64,000 nucleotides of DNA from Lophium mytilinum (GCA_010093605.1 MU004185.1:1447334-1511333), one strand, 5' to 3'. Counted from the first letter of the stretch, positions 24,885-38,143 are shown. Program-made: numbers and translations. The notes: generated from the sequence alone by a model not told the origin.

Positions 24885-25852
24885 TGTTTCTACTATGGCG
24901 AATCCCCACGGCGTTTCCGATAATCTCTTTTCGCTTCCATCTCTCCCTCCTGTTCTCTCAACCCGTGGCATCATAGGCACCACCGGGTCTGCGCGATTCC
25001 CGTTTCTAGAAATTGTTTACTGCCCCGCCTGGGCTTGGATATTGTACGAGCCAATATCAACATTCTTCCTTCTCTCCGCCGCCGCCTGATCAGCAAGCGC
25101 TGTTGATTCCCTCGTTTCTCTTCAACCCACCCCCCTGTACCATATCCTATGTGTTACAACCTTTCTGCATTTGGATCGGAGTGGAGTGCTTTTTTTTTTT
25201 TTTCGCAACGTTCGATTTTCGGGCTGCTGGCTGCTGCTGCTGCCGCTGCTGGGCTAGATATATACTATGATAGGCTACGTACGGTACGGGGGTTCTTTTG
25301 GCACGGCTGATCGCCGTTGGGCCGTATGACTGAAATGTTAGTCCTGTTGCTTTTTTACGCCTTGTTTTGTATATGGGGTTGGGATGGGATGTGATGTGCC
25401 ATGAGTGAGCCTTTGAAGTGTGTTGGACCTTGATGGGGTGCATGAGAGAGTGTGAGTGATGGCGAGGCAAGGCAAGCTGTGTAGTCAAATGTATTAAGTA
25501 TATTGGTTTTGCGTGTTGAACCCTCTCGAGACTGTTATTGAGTAGAGGAGGGTAGGGTATGTGATATAAGCTGTAGTGCCTGAAGGCCTTTCCGCCAGCC
25601 AGCACCGACTAACTCTATGGGCGCTCGACACCGTTATTGGGTGCTATATAAGCTCGAGGATGACATCCCAAGCCAGCGCAGCCACTCTCTCATCCCCATA
25701 CTATTCCACTCGTACAATTACACATCGGGCGCCATGCTGCGCCATCTTCGAAGACAGGCAAATCCCCGTCGCAGCAACCAGTCCGCATTGCCGCCAAATT
25801 GCAAAGCTCAAACCCAAGTCCGAGTCCAAGTCCAACGCTACGCGCAACCCTC

Positions 25853-27451
25853 TCAATCCACCTCCATGCCCAAACTTGTCTTCTTCAGATTCAAATCATT
25901 CGTCAGCGTCTCAATCTTAGATATAATGCGTCTCCTCAGCAGGATGTTCGGCGTCTTCTGCAGCTGCGCGTTCGCATCCGCAATCTCCTTCTCGAGATCT
26001 GCAATCTCCTCCTTCTGCTGTGCGAGCTCCTGCTGCGCTGCCAGCGTATCCGCGTCAATCTCTTCCTCCGAATCTTCCTCTTCCTCGTCGTCGTCGCCTT
26101 CCGAGTTGGTCTCTGCGACGGATGGCGAGTTGGGTGTTGGAGTTTCTGTGGTGGGCACGGCGTCGGTGACGTCGGCGCCGAGCGCGTGCATCGCGACGTC
26201 GTGTGATGTTGCAACTTGGGAGGATTCGGCAACGAGGCCGGTTGCGACTGTGGCTTCGAAAGGATCGGGGGCTTCGGCGAGCTGCTGCTCGAGCAATTGC
26301 TCTAGATCGGGCTCGTCCACGTAGCTCTCGTGTGGAGCGTCTTCTACGGCCATATCCACGTCTGCCTTTTCGTCGTCGCTCTCGTAGTATCCATCGTCTT
26401 CTGAGTCGTCGTCAACGTCGTTGACATCCACCAAGTTATACTCCGTCCCGCCACCCGAGTCCATTGCGGCGCGGTCGAGATCCAGCAGGCGCTCGACCTC
26501 CGCCTCCACCTCCTCGATCTTGCGGAAGTTCTCGCGCTTCCTGAAGCGGCGCTTGCGCACCCAGTGCATCGGGGGTGTCAGCCCGTGCGCGTACTGGTGG
26601 AGGTCCGGGTCGACTTCTTGCGGCAGCATGAAGGCTTTTGCTTCTTCGTCCGTTTTGCACGGCCCCAGCACCAGCAGCATCTGGCAGATGTCGGCGCTCT
26701 TCACCCAGTCCCGCTTGTTCCAGCTCTTCATAGACTCTACGATGCAGGGGAGGTCGACCATCGCGGCCGCGTAGCGCGTGCCGTTGACTACGACGATCGA
26801 GCGGCGTGCCTCTTTGTCGAAGAATCGAAAGTATACTGAAAATCCGCCGTCGCTAGAGGGTTTGCCGATTTTCTTCTCCTCGATGGCTTTTTTCAGCGCC
26901 TCGCAGTCTGGGCCTGGCTGCATGCGCAAAACGAACTGAGATTGGATCGCTGGATCGATCTCTGCGTCCTCGCACTCGCTATCGTAGCCCACGCCCAGCG
27001 GTCGCGGAGGTGGCTTGCCCTGATACTTAAGCTTGAACACCGGCGCAGCGCTTCCAGGCGTGCGCGCCGTGAGCTTCAGCTTCGGTATAATCCTTTGGCT
27101 TTGAGTCGGGGGTATAATCGAGAGCGGGTGCCCAGGGCCTTTGGTTTTCCGCTTTGCCGGGGGCGACACCTCCTCATCGTCCTCATCTCTCGCTCTTTTC
27201 TTGTTGTTCTTGGCGGGGCCCTTCGGTGCTGTGGTGATTGGGTTTCCGTCCGCGTCGAACTTAGGCTTCTTGTTGTACTTGCGCTTCTGGCGGACGGGCG
27301 CTGGGAGGTCGGGGGGGTGTTCGTTGGCGGGAGTGGGTGGTAAAGAGGGGCGCATCTTGAGCTTTATCTTGGGGGTGCCGGATGGTGTATGATGTGAGGT
27401 GCTAGAACCGTCCGCGGGTGTCGACGTCTTGAGCTTCAACTTCAACGACAT
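25853..27451 (-). CDS. TAF7: TFIID subunit TAF7 (TAFII55_N domain)
   Basis: GVGYDSE..D.E.DP.I..QFVLRM, VDLPCIVES.KSW, KSADICQMLLV, HGLTPPM.WVRKRRFRKR, IE.VE.EVERLL, and a C-terminal coiled coil with NILLRRR. Single exon. Confidence 0.92.
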   Translation of the reverse strand: MSLKLKLKTSTPADGSSTSHHTPSGTPKIKLKMRPSLPPTPANEHPPDLPAPVRQKRKYNKKPKFDADGNPITTAPKGPAKNNKKRARDEDDEEVSPPAKRKTKGPGHPLSIIPPTQSQRIIPKLKLTARTPGSAAPVFKLKYQGKPPPRPLGVGYDSECEDAEIDPAIQSQFVLRMQPGPDCEALKKAIEEKKIGKPSSDGGFSVYFRFFDKEARRSIVVVNGTRYAAAMVDLPCIVESMKSWNKRDWVKSADICQMLLVLGPCKTDEEAKAFMLPQEVDPDLHQYAHGLTPPMHWVRKRRFRKRENFRKIEEVEAEVERLLDLDRAAMDSGGGTEYNLVDVNDVDDDSEDDGYYESDDEKADVDMAVEDAPHESYVDEPDLEQLLEQQLAEAPDPFEATVATGLVAESSQVATSHDVAMHALGADVTDAVPTTETPTPNSPSVAETNSEGDDDEEEEDSEEEIDADTLAAQQELAQQKEEIADLEKEIADANAQLQKTPNILLRRRIISKIETLTNDLNLKKTSLGMEVD

Positions 27452-27799
27452 GTCTGCGAGCCACCTATTCAAAGGGTCACGAGGTCGCCGGCGTGGCGCT
27501 GTAGTATCAGACGAGAAGGATCCAGTCGCGGAGATGCAGTGTGAATAGTGGTAGACTGTATATAGGCGCGCTCACGATTTAACGTGTTGTCAGGAATGTA
27601 TGAAGGAGTGAGGTGACGTGAAGGCGGGAGACGGGAGTGGCTTAGTCATGAAGACGGTGAGTCACGTGCGTAAACTTTAGATGAATTGGACTGCCGCTGC
27701 TCTTACAGCCCTTCTTTCCCCCGCTCTACCGGCCATGTCAAGCTACTGTCGATTTCACTCTCCACCGTGACCCGAGAGGAGAGTCACACCGCCTCGAAC

Positions 27800-28590
27800 A
27801 TGTCCTCCAACACGCTCCACAACGCGCTCCTGCGTCCGGCGATCCTCCACATCCTCCGCGCTGCTGGATTCCACGCCGCGAAGCCCTCCGTCCTCGACAT
27901 TCTCACCGATATCACGTCGCGCTATATTCTTCTCCTCGCGTCCCGCACCGCTGAGAATGCGGTCGCGAACCACAACACCCCGGAGCCTGATATCACCGAC
28001 GTGCGCATGGCCCTACAGGATTGCGGTCTGCTGGTGCCATCCTTAACTCCCGGAGAAGAGGCGTGGAAGGAGATGCTGCGCAAGCCCTTGGAGCAATACC
28101 CAGAGAGAAACGGGCTCCGGGAGAAGGAGCGAATCAAGCGTGACGAGGAAGACACTCAGGATGTCAAGGCGTTCCTGGACTGGATTGAGGGCGAGCAGAA
28201 CCGTGAAATTCAAAGGATCGCGGGACTGGGCGCGCCTCCCGCTCCTGCTATAACAACAACGGCGGACCTAGATGCTAAAGAGATGGAGGATTATCTGACA
28301 TGTATGTGCATCCTTATGGTCTACAATCATGCTGGAGGGTATGAGACTAACGGTTCGTAGCACTCATGAAAAAGCACAGCAAGACCGGCGTGGAATCCCG
28401 CTACCAAGGGACTATTCTCGGTCAGCCATCGGAAATAAAGCCAGTCAAGATTGAGGGAGGTACAATTGAGAGCATTGGAGAGTGGAGGCTGCGTATGCGG
28501 CAGCGAGCCGCAAAACCTGATTCGAATACCGATACGAATAGCAAAGCAGTCGATTCTGTCGAGACAAACGGACATATGATGGAAGAATAA
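27800..28590 (+). CDS. TAF3: Bromodomain-associated (BTP) histone-fold protein, TAF3-like, 2 exons
   Basis: LHNALLRPAILHILRAAGFH..KPSVLD.LTD...RY..LLA, DITDVRMALQDCG, F..W..G..N.EI.RIAG. Intron 28302-28360, then DYLTSLMKKHSK...SRYQGTILG. Confidence 0.75.
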
Positions 28591-29037
28591 GGGCGCTAGT
28601 AACTTTCCCTCGCCAGCCCAGCAGGGGCAATCATTGTTCGACTTTCACGACAACACTTTTTCCAAGGCAGAATAAGCCTGTGGATACACATCATAGCGAC
28701 GGAGTTTGGCGTTGGATACCTTCTTCAATGGTCATGTCAAGGCGTTTGTTTGATCATTTGGCGTCTCTATGTTGGCATCGTTGCGTTGACAGCGTAACAT
28801 CAGCCTAGGCAGAGGCTGTGGGTATACCAGCATCAATGGTATGATGCAGGCGTTGAACAAAGCACAGACAGAGTACCAATACAGACTCAAGATAGTCTAA
28901 CCTAAGAAGCTTATGGAGGTATAGATACTAATACACAAGGTCAAGTCGAAGTTTGAGTACCATTTCTTCGTAAACCCAACTCTTTTTGTCAGATGAAAGA
29001 AACCCGACTCTTAGACTAAAGTATGCAGATGTTGACC

Positions 29038-29603
29038 CTAATCCACCGTGCTAGCAGGCCCACCAGACTGACCTAGGATACCGGCAACGTCAAGCTTTTC
29101 CGCCCTATTCTCCTTCAACTCCTCGCGGAGCGGCGCTTGTTCAGCTTTCTTCCTATAAACCCGTCTCGTTAGTCGCCAATGCCTAAAGGCCTCGTTCATG
29201 CCAATGCTGCTCACCTGTCCAAGTCCGAAGCAAGGTCTTCTTGCTCCCCACTCCTCCCCTGGAACGTCGAATCTCCAGCAACAGCATCCCTAATCCTCCC
29301 TTCGCCCGGTGCAGCCATCTGCTCGCCATCAAGCTCATTGTGCCTCCCCATCTGCTCCTCCGTCTTCCCTACTTCGCCTTCTCCACCGCCACGCACCCCG
29401 CGACCAAGCGACGAGAAGGTCCCCTCCTCTTGCGAATGGCCCTGCGACCGAACGTGCTCGACATCATCGGAGTCCGGGTTCGAGCGCGCGTTTTGTGCAG
29501 TCTGGCGATCTTCCGCCGGGTTCTTGCCTGCAGCGTTTCCGGGTGTGGTGTATGCTTGGTCTAGAGTAGGCTGGGAGGAGCCTTGGGGATCGAGGTCGGA
29601 CAT
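29038..29603 (-). CDS. Small hydrophilic Gly/Glu/Gln-rich fungal hypothetical protein, 2 exons
   Basis: Exons 29603-29215 and 29152-29038 (GTGAGC..CTAAC..TAG). MSDLDPQGSSQPTLDQAYTTPGN...EQMAAPGEGRIRDAV...EQEDLASDLDRKKAEQAPLRE...GGPASTVD*. Confidence 0.7.
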
Positions 29604-30591
29604 GATTGAGTTGTTTTCTGGGAGGATAGTTTGTTGTGAGGTTGTGGAAAGATGCAATTGCGCGGTGGGATGGCAATCTTTTAGAGGCGATTCACGATTC
29701 CCATGACGTCTGCGGGGCCGCTGGGGTGGGATTTATGCCAAGAGAAATTCCAAAGGCCGCCTCTCAACCCCTCAACACTATGACCGAACCGATTTAGAAG
29801 CATTCTCTATATGGTTGGATACCTTTGTAGGTTCTGAGGCAGACACTTCAGTTAGCTTCTTTTATTCAAATCTTCCCGCCCACCTTCTTGATCCAGGCTC
29901 TTGCGCAGGGCGACTCTCGACAACTTATCAGGACCTCACAGTTGTTAAACTCATAACAAGGCGTATATAATAGTTGTCTAGGAGTCTAGTTAGTCTATAA
30001 AATAGCAAGATTATATAAACGCGTCTCTAGTCTTCTCCTATGATTAGTAATTTCTTATGCCGGTTCGGAAAGAAGCAAAAGGCTCATTAAACGCGTTCTG
30101 GTGTTGAACCATCAAGTAAAACTATTGGGGCCGTCCTTGCCCCGAATAGAAACCGTGATGGTCGAGATTCGGCACCGAAGACCATGCAAGGAGGTGTACC
30201 TGTGTAACATGGTGAGGACCTACTCCTCTCTCAAGCTCATTTGAGCCCATAGTCATTACTTATATCTCATAGCTTCTACGGCCAAGATCTGCTCGACGCT
30301 CCTACACGCTCCTATCTACCCAAGGCGGGCTCTCCCATCCCTACATCCAGAACACCAGCAATGCAAACGCCTTCCCTTTTCCACTATACAACAGGCTCCT
30401 ATACGTTCCCGCCGCCGTGGAGATTCCAAACACAGTCGCGGCGGGTATCCAGGCTTCGCCAGCCCCAGAGACAGGAGTCGCCCAACTCCTCTTCGGCCTC
30501 AGCGTACATCCTCGCCTTTTGCCGCTCTATCTTTCCAAACGGCACATCCCAATTCCCCAACACCTCCTTAACCTTCTCCTCCACCCCGTCC

Positions 30592-32635
30592 TCAAAACTC
30601 AAACTCCGACCGAAAGCGCTCCACGTCCATCCCCGGCCCCACCAGATCCCCCAGATCCCTCCGCTGCATCTGGCTAAACACCCTCCGCAGCGTATCAAAC
30701 AGATTCGTGCTCTGATTCTGGCTAATCATGCGATCCAACTCCACCTCATTAACCGCATCCCCCACCACCTCCCTTGCACGCTCCCGGCCCTCCTTCTCGA
30801 CGACCTTGTGCATCGCCAGTGCGCCGAGGAGGTGCTGCGCCGCCTCAGCAAAGCAGCCGATATTGATGCACGAGACGCCGAGGTTGTACCGCGCGCGCAC
30901 GAAGTTGGGCCGCAGCGCGAGGGCGCGCTCGTAAGCGTCAATGGCCTCCTCGCTGCGGCCCGAGTTGGCGAGGGTAGCGCCGAGGCGGTTCCAGAGGAGG
31001 TGCAGCTGGTTCTGCTGGTTCGTCGTGCCGGACTCTGTCGATGCGAGGGCGGCGCCGAAGCAGTCGACGGCCTTTTCGTACTCCTCGGCGCCGTAGAAGA
31101 GAACACCCAGGCCGACTTGGACGTCGGGGTCCATTTGCTCGCCGGAGGGTGAGAGTTGCGCGGCTTCGATGAAAAGGTTTGTTACCTTTTCGTGCAGCAT
31201 TTGGCGGTCTGTGAAGCCGATGTCGGCGCCGGAGGAGAGGGGTTCTTTGATGAGGGAGGGGTACTTGGTTGCGAGCCAGCGCTCGAGGGTGCGGTAGGCG
31301 GTGCTGTCGTAGCCTTCGTTGGTATAGGAGACGGCGAGGCCCATGAGGGCTTCGAGGTTAGAGGGGTCAAGCTGGAGGGCTTGCTCGAGAGCGCGGATGG
31401 CGGGTTGCTCCTTTTCGTTCTGTGCTTGCGCGGCGCCGAGCTTCGTCCAAGCCTCGACGTGTTGAGGATCCTTTTGGACGGCGGCTTCGAAGGCGAGGGC
31501 GGCGAGCGAGAGGTTCCCACCTTCATCCATTATCCGGACGCCCTCCTGGAAAGGGTTCGAGACGTCTTTGAACAGGTTTTCGTCTTCAAATAGGTACTCG
31601 CCTAGTTGCGGATCCCGCATCGCACTGTGTGTGTTCAGGCCATCGAAGCCCTCCCACTGGTCGAGATCGCCCATATGCATGCCATCGACGAAGGTCTCCT
31701 CGTCGGCAAGTTGCCTGCCAATCTGGGCCTCAGCTTGGATTCCGCGCCAGACGGACTCGAAATCGCCAAAATTGTCAACTGACCTGTCCATATCGTTCAG
31801 CTCCGCCTCCATAGCCGCGTTGGCCTCCGCATCCAGGTCCTTCGTGTCCGTTGACTCCATCTGCGCGAATTCCGCTTCCCAGTCCTTGTCGTCGAGCTCA
31901 ACCATTCGTCCTTTGCCTTTGCCCTCGGCCTGGATGGGCTGCTGGTACGGTTGCTGCATCATGCCCATCCCACCCATGCCCATACCCATCCCACCCATTC
32001 CCATGCCCATCCCGCCGCCGTACATGGGCCTTTGGTAGCCCATCATACCCGCCTGGGATGCCATGCTCGGACTCGCTGCTCGCGCAGTAGCGTTTATATT
32101 ATTCATGTGCTCATACTTTGCGAACTCTACCGGATTGAACCCCGCCGACCTGGGGCCTTGCATGCCCGGATCCATAGCCGCAGGGCCCTGGACGCCGGGG
32201 TCGAACTCTGCCGCCCATGCCGGCGAGCCCGTCCGCTGGTTTGTACGCTCGAGCTCTCGCCGCATCTGCTCCATCGCGAAGGGGGAGGCGGGATTCGGAC
32301 CTTGGGGGAGCTGGCTCGGGTGGTTTAGGAACTCGTTCATCATCTGCATGAACGTATATTAGCATTATGCTTTGGTGTATTACAAGAAAACATGGTAGTA
32401 GAGGTATAGGGACATCGAGAAAAGCTCATGGCCTTGCTATGCAGCTCAAAAGGCTTGAACCTACGTTGTCTTGCCCTCCGCCCATGGCCTGACTCCGCAT
32501 GCCCTCTTGCAGCCCACCCGGCCCCCTCCCGACCAGGCGGTCTCGTTGTAGCGACTTATCATCCTGGACGTGCTTTGTGAACTGGCTCAGCGGGTTGCCA
32601 GCCGTCGAGCATTCGGCGCCACCCATGAAGGACAT
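30592..32635 (-). CDS. PEX5: Peroxisomal targeting signal 1 receptor PEX5, 2 exons
   Basis: MSFMGGAECSTAGNPLSQF with the conserved N-terminal Cys; intron 32464-32344; WxxxF motifs (WAAEF, WEAEF); TPRs with AALAFEAAVQKDP, QAQNEKE, LWNRLGATLANSGRSEEAI, PNFVRARYNLGVSCINIG; ends FRSEFEF. Confidence 0.96.
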
Positions 32636-33559
32636 CGTGAGAGCTGTGGCGAAGTATGTACAGCAAGCTAGAGTATGCAAGGCTTCAAATCTATAGTGGA
32701 GTATGTAGAGAAAGCGGGGGAGACGAAGTATCAAGGCTCGAGAGGAGAAGGAGAGTCGTAGCAGGCGCGTCGTTGGAGTAGACGTTGGCACTGTTGATGA
32801 TGTGAAATGCAGAACGTGGGGTTGCTTCGAGGTCGGTTCTGTTGGCCCGACGCCGAGGTTCAATCATAGGTGCATAGCTACTTCGTAATCGCCTGCATTC
32901 ACAAGCAGCTCCATGCGCCAAAAGTAAAAAGGCGTACTTAAGGTTCGGCATTTAATCTAGAGGAGCGATGGCGTCCCTGTCTGCAGTAAGATGGAAATAT
33001 ACTTGAACTTAACAAGAACAGCACGAGCGCTAGTTAATCTTCCATTTCAAGCAACAGCAATATCAACCAAACACAATTTGACTGCGTGAACATAGTGAAT
33101 TAGACTTCCTCTTGTTGATTTGGCATTATGAAGAACGCTTAAAGCCGACTACCGCAAGTGATCGAGACCGGATATGTCTGATCACATGTCAAACCTTCAG
33201 TCTTCCGCCTAAAAATCCACCCGCGAAGTCAAAAACCAGGAGCCATCAATATTTGTGACATAAGTTCAATTATTTTCTCTTGTGCGGTAGCCCCTCTACG
33301 ATGCTATCATACCCAAAGAGTGGTGATGTGATGCTGGTCAGCCTTCGACGCTCTACTATTGTACAACCCGATATTATCAAAACAGAATCCACCGCAAAAA
33401 CAGAAGACGCAGGTTAGGAAGTTGTACAAGAAAGTTCCTTTGGGTAGTAGAAAAGACCACAGCCAGGCACCACAGTAACACAAAGATAGAACCGCTCCAG
33501 GTCCCCACCAACCAGGAGAAACATGACCTTCATATACACCCAGACTCCCTATATGCTTC

Positions 33560-34637
33560 CTACTCATCGGTAGTCTGTCTTTTCTGGCTCGAAGACGCGC
33601 TGAAGTCGACCCGGAGGTTGCGGCCATAGATCTCCTTGCCCTCGAGAATGTCCTTGGCTGCCTGGGCGCTCTTGACGTCGATGAAATCGGCGTGGGCGAA
33701 GCCTCTTGGCTGGCCAGTGCGCCTGTCAATAGCGACGCGGACGTCCATGACGTTGCGAATGTCGCGGAAGAGATCGTTCAGGTCCTTGTCCGACATCTCA
33801 AACGACATGTTGCCGATGAAGAGGGTCTTGGTGGGGGGGTTAGGTTGCCGCGCTGAGTTGAACGTACTGACGGGCCTCTCGCGTTGGATATGATATTGGA
33901 CGTTCATGCGACGGCCCTCAAAAACTTGCTGGTTGAGGTTCTCAATGGCGGCGGTAGCATGGTCGAGCTCTCCGAGGGTGACATAGCCAAATCTGTCAAA
34001 TAAATCAAATTAGCTGAGATATCTTGGTCGTAGAAGCGTCGATTGCATACCCTCTGCTGAGGCCCTTTCCATCTTTCACGAGCCTGACGTCTTCCACCGA
34101 ACCGAAGCGGGAGAAGACTCTCCTCAGTTGATCCTCGGTGACTTCGAAAAAAAGGTTTCCGACATAGAGGACTTTGTTTGGAGTAGCTAGAGGGTTTGTG
34201 TAGCTGCTCCGCTGTGATGATTGCGGCGGTGCTACGGCACTAGCAGCACCTTGGAGACCAAGAGCACCGAGCGCATCGCTTGCCTTTTCCTGTGCGTACT
34301 CCTTAGCAGAACCAAGTGTTGACTGTGGCTCGGTCTCAGAGGTTTCTGCGGCGGGTTCTGTGGCAGTTTCTGTGATGGGTGCCTCTGTCGCGGTCTGCGC
34401 AAACTCCTCTGACTTTTCGGCGTCATCACTGGCGAAACGTCGCTGGAAGGTCAAGACTATCGACGGTTGCTGCCGTAGCCTGAATGACGCAGGTGTGAAT
34501 GTGGTGATTGACCGCGGCTTCGAGAGGAACGAAGTCGAGGGGGTGGACAAGGCCCTCACGGCGGCGCGGCGGAGGAGAAACCTAGAGGTGCCGTGTTAGA
34601 GGCATCTACGATACTGGAGATGGAACTAAACATACAT
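33560..34637 (-). CDS. Two-RRM RNA-binding protein with probable mitochondrial presequence, 3 exons
   Basis: Exons 34637-34636 (AT), 34581-34051 and 33992-33560. Presequence MFLLRRAAVRALSTPS...FQRRFAS; RNP2/RNP1 pairs LYVGNL/RGFGYVTL and LFIGNM/RGFAHADF. Confidence 0.85.
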
Positions 34638-34976
34638 GGTGAAGATCAGAGAAGGAATTGAAGATGGAGGAGAAGCGGTGGCGGGATTGGCTCTAGGTGC
34701 TTGGATGCAGCTATGCAAGAGAAATCGTGAGGAGAGAAAAAAGTCGAGGAGACATGGATGGATCGCGCTAAAATTGACGAGTCACGGGACATGCCACCCC
34801 GGTCGCCCCTATAAGGAACTTCGATTACCGCTCGACCCGACCGAACTCAGATCATTGAGGATAGATTTAAATATGTGATAGAGTTAAAGTTTGAAACTTC
34901 AGGTCCAGACACATCGGTGCCTTAGAGAGTTTGAACAATGATCGTTATATCCATTACCATCTTATGATCTACTCTT

Positions 34977-36545
34977 CTATAACTGCGCCCTTTGCTGTGC
35001 TATATCACTTTTCACGGTTTTCGATGCGCCTTCGGCTTGCCAATGCACCTCGACGTCTTTGTCGCAGTCGTAAGTCAACAACCATTTCCCCACACCTCCC
35101 CACCGCCACGGCAACGGGTCCGTCCCGTCTTTCAGATCCACCGTCGTCGGTGGAACCCCATCGTTCTCCCGCGCCCCAAAAGCACGGAGTAGCTCGTCTC
35201 GTTCTCTCTGCTCCGCTCCATCATGCACATGGTATAGATGCTGTTGGAGGTTCCCTCTTTGCACGATTCTTTCGGTCCGAGCCCGTCGGCATTCTTCATA
35301 GATTGCTAGAGCCTTCTTCTTTTCTGCTGGATCTTTGGAGGTCAGGCGCGCAAGACACAGTCCCAGTACTTGTCCGTCCTCCAAGGACATGCCAGCCCCA
35401 GAAGCGAGGTAGGGAAGGGTTGCATGTACGGCATCGCCAAGAGTCGTGAAGGCTCCCGAGGGATGCGACCAGGTTGGTTCGAGGGTAGGCCTGATGCAGA
35501 GGCGCCACTTGTCTACTGATTGACACAAGCTAAGGAGCTTCGGGATCCTAGGCTAGGTTAGCGACGATACCGTAGGGGGTTTCCAGAATACGAACCTTGG
35601 ATCCCAGTCTTTGAAAAACGCTCTCATTTCATCGACATTGCCAGCTAGAGTTGAGGCACCGGCGGGCATGTCGTCTGGGACTAGCAAAACCATGTTGAAC
35701 AATGCGCCCCCCCTCAGCACGTAGTTTACTGCAATGGTCAATATCATAATGCTGGGCTATTTCAAGGCAATGTGACATACCAGCATGTGCATCGGGCCCC
35801 ATCCAGTAGTTCACCTGCGGATCCTCCACGAATCCCCTCAGTTCCGGATCCTTCATCATGTCCTCCGTCTTGAGCAACAACCTGTACGCCAAATCGCCAG
35901 TCAGAATCGGCGGATCCTCCTTTCCCAACAATATTTCCCTGCACTTCGAGTTTATCCCATCAGCTCCCACCACCAGATCCGCTGTCCTTCTCGTCCCATT
36001 TTGTAGCACCACATCCGCCGTACGCTCATCTTTCGCCGCAACTACATCTACCACCCTCGCGTTCACCTCCAGCACCGCCCCAAGCTCCACTGCCCTGTCC
36101 AGCAGGCATTTATGCAGGTTCGCACGATGGAAGTCCCAGAATGGCGTCCCGCACTCTTTCTCGTACTTGTGGAAGTCCATGTAGGAGATGTGTTTGCCCT
36201 TCCACCCGAGCATATTGGCCTGCTTTGGCTTTGTGGCGTATTTTCCAAGGGTCTGCTCCATGCCCCAACGGATGAGCACACGGGAGCTGTTGGGGAGGAC
36301 TTGGATCCCAGCGCCCACTTCGCCAATTTGAGAGGCACCTTCGAGAATGTGGACAGAGTGGCCGGCGAGGAGAAGGGCGATCGCTGCGCCGAGACCGCCG
36401 AGGCCGGCTCCGACGATTATAATCTAGCATTTTTAGATTCGATCTCGAAGTATGATGTTACTCTATTGAGGGTTTGGTAACTCACGTCAAGCCTGCTAGC
36501 ATCGTCACGTTGCTGCTTCTCCATAACCTTTGGTGGAGGCGCCAT
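34977..36545 (-). CDS. FAD-dependent monooxygenase, salicylate-hydroxylase-like (group A), multi-exon
   Basis: IIIVGAGLGGL, EVGAGIQVLPNSSR, FHRANLH, DLVVGADGINS, GDLAYRLLL, VNYWMGP, LGDAVHATLPYLASGAGMSLED, YE.CRR.RT. Confidence 0.92.
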
Positions 36546-37035
36546 GTTGAGAAAGAATGATCAAATGCAATACTGAGAAGGAAGAGTCAAAATACTACTC
36601 GAACATATAAGAATGCACAGGCTCATAAGAAGGCCATTGGTGGTGGAAGACGTGTCATTGACTACAAATATGAGAGATACTAAGCAGACTAGGGAGCTGC
36701 TTGCTACGTGCGGGCACATGCCAATGAGAACGCCAAGCTCCATAGCTTATCGAATCAATTGTATGTTAAGATCTAATAGTATCAATGCGCTAGAAGCTGT
36801 GAAGAGGGGGAGGTGGTGAGGTCGGCATTGCAGAAGTGGGGGTTGCAAATGGAGGCGTGAAAGACCCAACATGGGAAGTCGAGTCGATGGCCAAAGCTTC
36901 TCCTCCACCCTTTCTCGGGCTTGAGTTGGGAGTGAACGCGTCTGGAATACATCACTCGACGCGTTTTTTGCGGCTTGCAACCTTTGTTTGCTAACATGTG
37001 CAGGGCACGAATTGTGTTCTATGGATATATCTGCA

Positions 37036-38143
37036 TCACGATGTTCCCTCCTTCTGCTTCTTCAGAATCTCTCCAGCAGGTGCCGGCATCAAGGCACCGG
37101 GCGGCGGTGTATTCTTGCTTTTGAAGTCATCGCACATTTGCTCCATGGTAACCCATTCGACTCCCTCATGCTTGTTGATATGTTCGATGATTCTAGAAGT
37201 GTGTCAGATTCGACTTATTCAATGGGGAAGAACACCGGTAAAGTACACACCTCTCGTGCATAAGAATGACATGCGGCCTCCCTGAGACGTCAGGATGAAT
37301 CGTCATCGGGAAAACGAACTCATCGTACTCGCGGTAAAAGTAATCGAAGTGGTCCATCCAGATAGCCTCAACATCTCTAGGATTTACCCAGCCATGGCTG
37401 TTCGCCGAGTTTTTAATGAACATCATCGGCGGCAGATCATCAATATACCACGAGCCAGGAATCTCAACCAAGCCGGTCTCCTGGCCCCTTTCTAGTGGCT
37501 TCATCCACGTCTCGGCTTTCTTGCTGTAGTCGATCTTTGTCCAAGTGTCTCCCGTCCGCAGCCAGTACAGTTTGTGATCCTCGTGGCTCATACTGTGGTC
37601 ATACTCGATACCGTAGCTCAGCAGCAGTTCGGTGCCTTCTCTGCTTGTCTCCCACCACGGTGCCACGCTTCCTCGGGGAGGCTTGCCGCAGAAATCAGTC
37701 AGTAGCTTGTAGGTCTTGTCTAACACGTCCCGTTGCTGCTCAAGGGTCATGTCTTTCGGATTCTCGTGTGTATATCCGTGTAGTCCAATTTCGTGTCCAG
37801 CATCGCGAACCGCCGCGCAGTCTTCGGGAAACGTCTCTAAGGAGTGGCCTTCGAAGGTGTCAATTATAGCTCCTAAGTTCTCGCGGAGAGCTCATACCAG
37901 GAATGAACCAAGTCGCCTTGATCTTGTACTTGTCGAACAGCTTCAGCAATCGCTGCGTGCCTACGGTTCCAGCCCAAAGACCTATATTTCTCAATTAGAA
38001 CTTCCAATGTCTCTAAACATGTCCTTATCGGCCTCACCTCTGCTGATATCGCTGGTTGAATCCTCGCCTCCATAGGATCCCAACCATCCAGAAACCGCAT
38101 CAATGTCAACACCGTAGCTGACGAGAACTCTCTTCTTGCCCAT
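37036..38143 (-). CDS. CE4/NodB polysaccharide-deacetylase-fold amidohydrolase (HP0310/PuuE-like, cytosolic), 4 exons
   Basis: [98 protein letters not shown]. No signal peptide. Confidence 0.9.

Noticed and set aside
25190..25250. Poly-T run and (GCT)n microsatellite
   Set aside because: Ordinary simple repeats in the 3' region of MNN10.
25617..32362. Long antisense ORFs over TAF7 and PEX5 (for example 25617-26324 and 30361-31152)
   Set aside because: Shadow frames caused by GC-rich codon bias of the real genes on the opposite strand. The same applies to 15470-16036, 57211-57900 and 59287-59946.
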